Below are positions 1-8,700 of a DNA stretch of 60,621 nucleotides, one piece after another. Position 1 is the first letter of the stretch; every line of letters begins with the position of its first letter. This DNA comes from an uncultured bacterium (GTDB lineage Bacteria > Verrucomicrobiota > Kiritimatiellia > CAIKKV01 > CAITUY01): NCBI GenBank assembly GCA_903958395.1, contig CAJBSZ010000346.1, forward strand, positions 1 through 60,621. The letters run 5' to 3'. The notes under the pieces are model-generated. The model had not been told where the DNA came from, searched no databases, and saw nothing but the letters and a program-made list of their open reading frames with translations. The position numbers were made by a program, and so were the translations under genes.

Positions 1-3000
1 TCATGACATGAGGTATCACACAGGCCGAGAAGATCGTAAAATGATGTCGGCATATTCCGAACAAACATCATTTCGTGAGGAACCCTTACGGTCGGCATGT
101 GCGTATACAACATCGCCAACCTGGCGTTGCGTAATCCAAATGCCATTTCGTGGATCGGGTCTCGACTCGCCCACCTGCCGATCTCCGGGGAATAGTATCT
201 GTGGCCGTAATAATACAGCCCCGTCTCCTGATCTAAATATTTGCTAGAAAACCAAAAGTTAAAGTCATTTACCATCTGCCCGCTGGACGCGACTGTATTT
301 CCGTACGCATCATATTCCCGGTGCGCTACAACCGCGCCGCTAGCGTCAACATATTCCGAAATATTCCCGTTCGCATCGTAGCAGGGGAAATATGCAGTAC
401 CGTTCCGCATCACGGAAAGCAGGCCGCCAATACCGCCCGCACCCTGCTGTGTCCCGCTCAGGTCGAGCCCCCAGACGTAGGTATTCGTGACGCCGGCACT
501 GGAGGTTTCCTGGATTAAATTCCAGCCATCGTAAACGAAGTTATTCGTCACGCCGCTGACAATCTTCCGATAGCGGCGCGACATGTAATCGTATGAATAA
601 TTCGCGACCACAGCCTCGTTTGAAGCCCCTGTCATCCGATTCTCAGCATCCCAGGCGAAGGCGAAGCAGCCATCATTCGTGAGGTTTCCGTCGAGGTCGT
701 AAGCGGGGGCAATTTGAGATTGCTGATTTGAGATTACAAAATACTGGTTAAGGGAATTTGCCAGATATTCCGTGACGGCCCCATTATTCGTGGCCACCGT
801 CCGGTTCCCGATGGGATCATACCGGTATGAGAAATTGTTTATGCCCATGAGCGCCTCGACCAATTCACTGCGGGAATTATAGCCGAAGTTATTGGTCAGG
901 GAAGAAGAATCTACCCGTTGCGTCCGCCGTCCCACCGCATCGTTGGCATAGTCAAACTGTGAAATACGGTTCGTGCCGGAGGCGTTCAGGATTTGGGTGA
1001 GGAGGTTGCGGTTGGGCTCGAAGGAGCGGCGCACGCCATATCCTGTATTAGTTTCATTTAATGACTCATTTAAGTCGGAACCTGCTAGATATCCATAGCG
1101 GAAATTCTGAAACGGAAGAGACGCCGCCCGGAGGTCGGCGTCCACCTGGCGGAAGCGCCCCAACTCGTCATGACTGTAACGAATGGAGGACACCACGCTG
1201 GTGGAACCCGCCATCACGAGATCGTAGCCGACGGGTCGCCCTTGGGAATCATAGATGCGGACCAGTTCTGCGGCAGCATTGGTTTCAGACGCGAGTTGAA
1301 AAGCATCTGTGTAGGAAAACAGGCGGGTTCCTGTGCCGTCTGTAATAGTGGTTTGCCGGCCAAGGCGGTCGAATCCAAACGTAACGCCGGGGGTGTTGTC
1401 GCTGTAACTGATGTTCGTCAACTGACCGAGGCTGTCATAGCTATAGGCAGTCACAACACCTCGCGCCCAGGTGCGGGTGGCGAGTTTGCCGTCGGGGGTG
1501 TAGGTGTAGGAAGGGCCGTGGCCGTCCGCGTAGAGTTTGTTTGTTAACAACCCGGTTGCTTCATCATAGACCCAGCACGTACGGTCAAATGATGAAGTAT
1601 GAGTGATGAATGATGAATAGTTCGAGATGACCATGGAAGAGTCGCGAAGGGTGTACATGGCGGTCATGCGGCCGAAATCGTCGTAATCATAGGCGACGGG
1701 ATAGGTCGCGCCCCAGGTGGCGAGAACGTGCCCTTCATCATCGTAGGCGGTGAAGGTGCTATTGGTGAGGGGATCGGTCACCTGAATACGGCGCCCGAGG
1801 TCGTCAAAGACAAAACTTGTTCGATTGCTGGCGGCGTCCATGGTGGAGGTGACTTGGCCGAGAGAGTTGTAGGTGGTGTAGGAGCCGAGGGTTCGGGGTT
1901 CAGGGTTCAGGGAAACAATCTGGCGGCCGAGGGCGTCGTATGTGTAGGCGGTTTGGACTCCGGTTTTGGATGTTGAGGAGCTTAACTGGCCGTTGATGGT
2001 GACCTGCGTGGCGGCGTCTGTGGAATCGGGGTAGATCACCGTTTGGGTAAGGGTTTTGGCGGTGCGATCCACGTAGGTGCGGGAGGTAGTTTGGTTACCG
2101 AGGAGGTCGAAGGAACAGGATTCAGAAGTCAGGAGACAGGAGTCAGAAGAAACACCCAACCCTGTTAGACGAATCTTTTGAATGCTGTTGGTGATGGGGG
2201 TGGCGGAAGCGTTACCTGCATAGAGGATTGAGGCGCGGCATTGCCAGTAATCGCCTGATCCGTCCTGCTCGTACCATGTCGCGGATTCGTTGACGCGGTC
2301 GGGGCCAGCGAGGTCGAGAACGCCGTTGGTGTTCACGTCAAGGCCGGAACGGGTCTGCTCGCCCAGCTCGTTGTACTGGTAGAGCGTTGTCGAGTTGTTG
2401 GGTTGCTGGGTTGTTGAGATCAGTTGGCCCTTGGTGTTGTAGGAGTAGGTAGTGGCAACCACGGCACCGCCATAGCCGGGCTTCTCCGTCTTGACGGGAC
2501 GCCCCATCATATCGGTGGTGGTTTTCTGCCAGGCGGGAGAGTTGGTGCCAGCGGGGCCGCTAAACGATTTCGTCCAACGAAACCCGCTCGCGTCTATCCC
2601 ACTATCGTAGGCCGTCTTTACAATTTCATTTTCGGTGATGGACTTGGCTTGGCCGTCCAAATAGCGGGTGGTCGCGTTGGTCACGCCGCCCCGGATGGTG
2701 GTGCTGGCGACGCCCTCATAACGATAGGTGGTCACAATACACTGGCTGTCCAGTGACGAGATCAGGCGTCCGGCAAGGTCATATGTGTTGCTGCTAACTA
2801 ACTGGGTCAGCGGCCCGGCCGACAGGGTTTCCGTCAGGCGGCGCCCCTCGCTATCAAGGGTATAGCTCGTGATCCGATCAGCCTCGTTCGTGGTCGCTCC
2901 TTTTCTTATGATGGTGGTCAACTTGCCCAGCAAGTCATACCCGTAGAGGAACATGGTGCCGTCCCCTCCGATCTCCCATTCCTTGCCACAGCAGTTACCG

Positions 3001-4928
3001 CCCCATGACGCTTCGCTCTTCTCGCCCTTGGCATTCCTGACCAGCACGGGATGTTGCCACTCATCGAAACCCTTGGATGTCCACGCCACGCGCTCATAGT
3101 TTGGACCGCCGACGCAAACCCAGGTCTCGTCCAGCACTTCCTGGCTCATCGGGTCGAGGATGCGGGTTTCCTTTGTGGTCTTTCCTGCGATGCCTTCGGG
3201 ACTGATAGCCGTGCCATGCACAACGGTTTCGCGCCAGAAGGTTCCGGCTGGATTGGCCTCGAACGACGGGGGGATTTCGCCCACGCCAGGCTGATAGGTT
3301 CCATATTCGTAGGTGAATGTATCCATGCGGCCATCGGGGTAAGCCACGGTGGCCACGCGCCCGATTTGGCAATTAACCGTATTGGTTCCGTAATAGGTGG
3401 TGACGGTTCGCAGGTTATTGGTGTCGCCATAGGCGGCGGCCGGGGTCGTGGCCTTCTCGACAATCTCCTGCAGTTCGCCGTTGCCGCCCTGCCGGTAGCC
3501 GCGATAGGTGCGGGCGACCACCGTGCCCAGGATGGATTCCGTGACCATGCGGGGCAACTGGTCGTTCAGGCGCGGGCTGTCGGCGAGATCCACGGGCGCA
3601 TAACTGGTGAGCACCGCGTGAGCCGCAGTGACCGATGAAGTGAGCGACGAATCCTTGATGGCGGAAAGCTCATTGGTTACGCGCCCGGCGGCATCATAAC
3701 GGTGCCAGCGCCAACTTCCATCGGGATCAATGGCGGATTCCGTCAGACCGGCGGCGGTATAGGTGAAGAGGTTGGTCTGGTTTACTCCGCCGGTTTCGGT
3801 GATGCGGCGCGTAACGCCATCACCCCAGCCAAAGGACTTGATCTGCTCGACATAACGGCTTACGAGGGTGCCATCGGCCGCTTTGACGGAATGTGTGACC
3901 CATCGCTCAGTGCGGGCATCATTCCACATTGTTGCGTCCTCCTCCTGGCGCGCCACATCAAGGCCGTCGCCCGAAGTCATGATCCAGTCTTCGGCATCAG
4001 GGTTATAGGTAAAATCGTAGACCGTCGTCCGCCCCGCCATGGAACGTGTAACGATGAGTTTGCGCAATGTTCCAGGCAACGGGTTGGCGAAAGACCAAGT
4101 TTCGAAGGGAACCGCGCCCGCGTCGATGCGATAGTACCCATTGGTATCCTTGCCGCCGACCATGCTGGCAAGAGTGTAGAACTTCAGGGCATAGCGGCTC
4201 GAATCGGTGACCACGATATCCGCCAGCCGGGTTGGCAGAAGCACCTGCCGCAGGCTCTGGCTGGAATCCCGGATCACCTCGACGCCCATGTCTTGGTAGG
4301 TTTCCTCGCGACCGGCCACGGTTCGATGGCTGACCATCTGCATATATTGCGGTGATGTCTTATAGGCGTTGAAGCGGTAACGCTCCCCGTCCCCGGTGTA
4401 GAGATCATAGTAGGCGGGCTCCTTCAATACCGTCCACCCATTCGCATCCACCATAAAAAGCCGACACTTCTTGATCTGCGCATCACCAAACACGGGAACA
4501 CCAATGGATTCGTTGTCCTTGAAGTTGAAAAGGAAGGGGACACCCGCGCTCTGAATCAAGGTTACCTGGCGGGGGGCACCCGCGGCAGTCACCTCATGGG
4601 ACACCCCTTTCATGGCATAGCCAGCCACGAAGTTCAGGGTCTGGGGTGAATAAACCGCCTCGGACAACTGATTCTCGCCCATCCGGAAAAGCGCCAACTT
4701 GACGGAACTTCCCGGCCGCATCGGGCCTGCAACGATCTTCACCCAGGCGCACCCTGGTCCAGCGGCACTTGTGGTTGTCGGACAACTTGAACACGACGGG
4801 CCATACGTTCCCGCAGGGCAGGCCAAATTGGTGGCAGGGGCAACTCCCCAGATCACCGCTGGCACACAACACCACATCATGACGCCCACACACCACACCA
4901 GCGCCCTGATTGCTTTTATATTCTTCAT
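1..4928 (-). CDS. RHS/YD-repeat protein 1 with N-terminal signal peptide (3' end runs off the window; absent from ORF track)
   Basis: Manual translation from ATG at 4928: MKNIKAIRALVWCVGVMMWCCVPAVIWG...CAWVKIVAGPMRPGSS, collinear with the RHS at 12417..17642. The start frame matches the frame at the left edge, which reads the RHS core FSSKYLDQETGLYYYGHRYYSPEIGRWASRDP and the cleavage motif YDLLGL near nt 22-39. The start overlaps the upstream stop (ATGA). Confidence 0.9.
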   Translation of the reverse strand, partial: MKNIKAIRALVWCVGVMMWCCVPAVIWGVAPATNLACPAGTYGPSCSSCPTTTSAAGPGCAWVKIVAGPMRPGSSVKLALFRMGENQLSEAVYSPQTLNFVAGYAMKGVSHEVTAAGAPRQVTLIQSAGVPFLFNFKDNESIGVPVFGDAQIKKCRLFMVDANGWTVLKEPAYYDLYTGDGERYRFNAYKTSPQYMQMVSHRTVAGREETYQDMGVEVIRDSSQSLRQVLLPTRLADIVVTDSSRYALKFYTLASMVGGKDTNGYYRIDAGAVPFETWSFANPLPGTLRKLIVTRSMAGRTTVYDFTYNPDAEDWIMTSGDGLDVARQEEDATMWNDARTERWVTHSVKAADGTLVSRYVEQIKSFGWGDGVTRRITETGGVNQTNLFTYTAAGLTESAIDPDGSWRWHRYDAAGRVTNELSAIKDSSLTSSVTAAHAVLTSYAPVDLADSPRLNDQLPRMVTESILGTVVARTYRGYRQGGNGELQEIVEKATTPAAAYGDTNNLRTVTTYYGTNTVNCQIGRVATVAYPDGRMDTFTYEYGTYQPGVGEIPPSFEANPAGTFWRETVVHGTAISPEGIAGKTTKETRILDPMSQEVLDETWVCVGGPNYERVAWTSKGFDEWQHPVLVRNAKGEKSEASWGGNCCGKEWEIGGDGTMFLYGYDLLGKLTTIIRKGATTNEADRITSYTLDSEGRRLTETLSAGPLTQLVSSNTYDLAGRLISSLDSQCIVTTYRYEGVASTTIRGGVTNATTRYLDGQAKSITENEIVKTAYDSGIDASGFRWTKSFSGPAGTNSPAWQKTTTDMMGRPVKTEKPGYGGAVVATTYSYNTKGQLISTTQQPNNSTTLYQYNELGEQTRSGLDVNTNGVLDLAGPDRVNESATWYEQDGSGDYWQCRASILYAGNASATPITNSIQKIRLTGLGVSSDSCLLTSESCSFDLLGNQTTSRTYVDRTAKTLTQTVIYPDSTDAATQVTINGQLSSSTSKTGVQTAYTYDALGRQIVSLNPEPRTLGSYTTYNSLGQVTSTMDAASNRTSFVFDDLGRRIQVTDPLTNSTFTAYDDEGHVLATWGATYPVAYDYDDFGRMTAMYTLRDSSMVISNYSSFITHTSSFDRTCWVYDEATGLLTNKLYADGHGPSYTYTPDGKLATRTWARGVVTAYSYDSLGQLTNISYSDNTPGVTFGFDRLGRQTTITDGTGTRLFSYTDAFQLASETNAAAELVRIYDSQGRPVGYDLVMAGSTSVVSSIRYSHDELGRFRQVDADLRAASLPFQNFRYGYLAGSDLNESLNETNTGYGVRRSFEPNRNLLTQILNASGTNRISQFDYANDAVGRRTQRVDSSSLTNNFGYNSRSELVEALMGINNFSYRYDPIGNRTVATNNGAVTEYLANSLNQYFVISNQQSQIAPAYDLDGNLTNDGCFAFAWDAENRMTGASNEAVVANYSYDYMSRRYRKIVSGVTNNFVYDGWNLIQETSSAGVTNTYVWGLDLSGTQQGAGGIGGLLSVMRNGTAYFPCYDANGNISEYVDASGAVVAHREYDAYGNTVASSGQMVNDFNFWFSSKYLDQETGLYYYGHRYYSPEIGRWASRDPIHEMAFGLRNARLAMLYTHMPTVRVPHEMMFVRNMPTSFYDLLGLCDTSCH
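1120..1146 (-). repeat. REP-like palindrome inside RHS1 (GTGGACGCCGACCTCCGGGCGGCGTC)
   Basis: Hairpin GACGCCG..CGGCGTC; identical copy at 13843..13869 in RHS2; read in frame as VDADLRAAS. Confidence 0.65.
2116..2150. repeat. Heptamer tandem array (CAGRAGT-like x5) inside RHS1
   Basis: CAGGATT CAGAAGT CAGGAGA CAGGAGT CAGAAGA; absent at the equivalent site in RHS2. Confidence 0.75.
2386..2417. repeat. Octamer tandem array (GTTGYTGR x4) inside RHS1
   Basis: GTTGTCGA GTTGTTGG GTTGCTGG GTTGTTGA; the same family occurs at 13054, 13219, 15103 and intergenically at 52158. Confidence 0.75.
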
Positions 4929-5797
4929 TCTAAATTTCCTCTTGCATCCAATTTCAAAAACAACAACTTCGGTTGCATTATCTTTGCATTTATCTTTTTG
5001 ATGGCTGCCCGTGCGGCCGTCTTGAGCCGGATATCCGTACTAGTTACGGTGGTTCTCATAAGATCCTCATCCGATTTGTCTCCCAAGGCACCCAAACTGG
5101 CCATGGCCGAAATCCGAACCGGCACGGATCCGTTTACAGCCAGTTTACGGGCGTCTGGAAGGACACTTTGCTCACCCAGATCCGCGCAGATCTGCAACGC
5201 CGTGATTTTGGCAGGTTCGCCGTATGCCGGCGAACGCACCATCGACAGCGCCTTGGCCGCGACACGAGCCCGGTCAACCGATCCCTGCCCGCACAAATTG
5301 AAAAGCGCAATCAGTCCGGTTCCAGGAATACTGCCTTGTCGCTCGTCCACCGCTGACCAGAGAACACGCAGTACTTTTTCCCGGATACCCGCGTCCCCAA
5401 CCGTCGTGTAGATGTCTCCCAGATGCTGCACACAATAATCACGCCATGCCTCTTCATGGGAACGGTCGCCATACATCGCGATCAGATGACCCGCCAAGTC
5501 CGGGGGCATCACCTGTTGCATTTTGAGTGAATTCACGACGTCATTCTTGATCGCGCATAACTCGCCAGGTTGAGCAGGATCCTCGCCTGCCTTGCGATCC
5601 AGAAAGCCGTAGAGGGCCGTGATCTCTTCTTTGGAAACGGTTTTGCCAAGCGTCCTAGCCGCCTCGATGCGGGCCGGAAAGGCGGTTTCCGCCGCCCCCA
5701 GAATGATGGCCAAATTGGCGGGAGGTGCGGCGCAGGCCACGGGAATGCCCCAGATCGCGGAAAGAACCGTCATGATAATGAATATCCCTTTACTCAT
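4925..5797 (-). CDS. Exported HEAT/ARM-repeat protein
   Basis: Likely start ATG 5797 (MSKGIFIIMTVLSAIWGIPVACA, signal-like) overlaps the upstream stop. Helical repeats AKITALQICADLG, VRISAMASLGALG, RLKTAARAAIKKI. Confidence 0.75.
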   Translation of the reverse strand: MSKGIFIIMTVLSAIWGIPVACAAPPANLAIILGAAETAFPARIEAARTLGKTVSKEEITALYGFLDRKAGEDPAQPGELCAIKNDVVNSLKMQQVMPPDLAGHLIAMYGDRSHEEAWRDYCVQHLGDIYTTVGDAGIREKVLRVLWSAVDERQGSIPGTGLIALFNLCGQGSVDRARVAAKALSMVRSPAYGEPAKITALQICADLGEQSVLPDARKLAVNGSVPVRISAMASLGALGDKSDEDLMRTTVTSTDIRLKTAARAAIKKINAKIMQPKLLFLKLDARGNLE

Positions 5798-8700
5798 CAG
5801 TTCCCTCCTATGTACAAACCGCCCTGATAGAGCTTCGTCGTGTGGCAGGTTGATGACCGGGATGAAGCCGACTGCAGCATGCGGTAGGTGCAAACGCCCA
5901 GTTCGTTGAAATCGGCAGCCGTAAGGGTCTTATTGAGAGTGCCGTCAAGGAACGTGACGCCCCCTGCAAAGATGTGAAGAACCACAGTGAGATCGGACGG
6001 GACATAGCCCAGTTGCAAGCGAACCTCGACCATGCGGCTTCCATCGGCAAAGGTTTCGACCACCTTGAAATAAGTGCCATGGTCGCCCCTGATTGAACTG
6101 ATCTTTGCACTATCCAGAACGGGGCCATCCGCACCCAGCCGCGCCACCATATAAAAAGGGCCGTCCGTCGGGTTCATGAGGGTGAAGCGAGTGCCGCCGC
6201 CGACAAGGTTGGTGGACGAAACGCTGAGTTGGCTGTCGGCCTGCACCACGGCGTCTGTCTTGATGCCCGGACAATCCCAAGTGCGGGCCTGGCCGGTGAC
6301 GCACTCCGCCTCCTCGCCGTTGAATGAACCCGAGATAACCTGAACCGCAAGAGACCCGTTGGTGAACGTGGTTTCATTGCTGCAGGCGCCGAGGACGGTA
6401 AAGTTTCCCGCCTGGCTGAAGCAATAGGGAACAGGGCTCCCCACCATGGCGACTAGGTTCGTAACCACATTCGTTCCGGTTGAGACCATGAACGTGGCCA
6501 GGCCATTAGTGGCTTCCACAGGCCAGGCCGAGAGCCTGAGCGAACTGCCGCCCCGGATTGCCAGCCCGTTGCTGAAGGAGGCATCAAGCAGGTTGACTGC
6601 CTCCCAAATCACATTGTTGGACACCATGACGCCGCTACTCTGATCCGCCGTCACTATTTCGGTCGTGTTTGTGGGGGAGATGAAGACATTGGCAAACCAC
6701 GTGGTCCTCAAGCCGTGCTGTACCGCCACAATCTGCTGGGTTTGTCCGCCGGGCGCATAGGATGCGGCGATTGACAGCCGTTCCTGATAAACAGCGGATC
6801 CTTCCATGCAAATCGGTGACACCAGAGTGGATTCGGGCACAGGCCCGGTTTCCGACAAGGAAGCCATGCGGTGATCAAGCCAGTCGGGGATGCCATTGGT
6901 ATTGGCATCCAAGCCGCCAAAGGACTGCAACTTGAGGGAATTGACCTTCAGGAACGTGTTGGGTGTGTCATTGTTCCACCGAAGCCTGATGACATGATCT
7001 CCCGCCGCGAGTTCAGGAAGAAAGAAGGTGGCAGTACAGTTGGTTCCATACGGAGCCTTGACGGTCTGGCGGCCCGAGATCGTGCCATCAATGAACAGGC
7101 TCAAGTCAAACGTATTCAGGGCTGTGAGAACGTTCTGTTGAGTCACATTGACGGCGACGGCGAAGGTTCCGTTGCTTGGGATGGCCAGCAAGTAGTCCAG
7201 GGAACCGCTCCGTTCACGGGCAGAGATGGCGACGCCTTCGATAGCCCATGTCCCGATCCACGACGTGGCGTCACGGCCGTTCAGCACGAGAAGATCCGTC
7301 ACGGTTCCGTTGAAATCCACGACAAGCGGGTCGGCATACGCCATGATTTCAACCTTGTCGTTGACTCCATCCCCATCCGTGTCTGCCACCTTGGGTTTTG
7401 TGCCTGCAAGGTATTCCCCACTATTCAGGAGTTGATCCCCATCCGGATCGGCGGCCGCATCGTTGACAAGGGGATTTGTCCCATTATCCACCTCCCATTT
7501 ATCCGGCAGCCCATCGGAATCGGTGTCAGATTTAAGCGGACTGGTCTTATAGGTGTTGACCTCCGCGCCGTCTGACAGGCCGTCGCCATCGGTGTCCGGA
7601 TTGTGGGGATCGGAACTGGCCTGATATTCCTTAAGGTTGGAAAGGCCGTCGCTGTCAGGGTCGGCGGAGGCATCGTTGACGAGCGGATTGAGAGCGTGGT
7701 CAACCTCCCACTTGTCAGGCATGCCATCGGAATCTGTGTCAGCGGATTTTGGATTGGTGCCCAGTTGGTACTCCTGCATGTTGGTGAGGCCATCGTTATC
7801 GGGGTCAGCCCCGGAATCGGGAGTGAGGGGGGCGGTCCCCTTGGTGATCTCCCACTGATCGGGGAGCCCATCGTTGTCACTATCGCTGCTATGTGGATCG
7901 GTCCGGTTTAGAAATTCATGGCGGTTATCCACTCCATCGCCGTCCGCATCGTCGGTTGCCGCCGCCTCAAGATTCCCGAAATGAATCATCTCCCAGCCAT
8001 CACAAAGGCCGTCATTGTCAGTGTCGGTGTCATCATCAATAATCGCAATCGAGGCCGAGGCATTCGTGGGGTTGATGAAATAATTGCCTTGGGCAATGGT
8101 GACCGTTATCGTTTCCGCACCTTCGAGCCAGAGATCATCGAGGGTCGGAACCGTGAACGAAACCTGGGGGGCCCCGGAGGGGATGACGACGGTCCGAGGA
8201 ATGGCCGAGAAGTCGGCCCCTTCGGTGGCGGCGCCACCTGGAACCGCAAGGTTGACCGACAGGGCAAGGTTGGTGTCCTGCGCCAGGCGGCTGAGAGTGA
8301 ACGTGCCTGCCTGTGCTGGTTCGGCGCCATTCGCCGTACCCGCAATGGAGACCTGCTGCTCACCATAGACCAGAATCTGGTCGGTCATAGCCTTGTACTG
8401 GAAGCGGATCCATTCAGGAGACTGTGCCAGGGATTCGACACGGAGTTCGTCCAGCATGCCCACATAGCCGGAGGAACCACTTGCGGCGGCGCCAAACCAG
8501 AAAGCGGTAACGGGACTATAGGCGCGGGTTTTCCCCGTCCCGCTGTGCCAGAGTTCACCATTGACGTAGATGCGCATTATGCCGGAGGCCCGATCCTTGG
8601 TGAAGGTCCAGTGGTTCCACCCGCCCTTGAAGAGATTGGTGGTGGCCAGTTTGTTGATGCGGTCGTAATTGCCGAAGGCATCCCAATAGACGTTTGAGTC

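Noticed and set aside
8-5001. Numerous short plus-strand ORFs at the left end
   Set aside because: Antisense shadows of the long minus-strand RHS1 frame
5798-5893. ORF-track N-terminal extension of the HEAT protein
   Set aside because: Overlaps the large gene; ATG 5797 has a GGAGG RBS and gives a signal peptide
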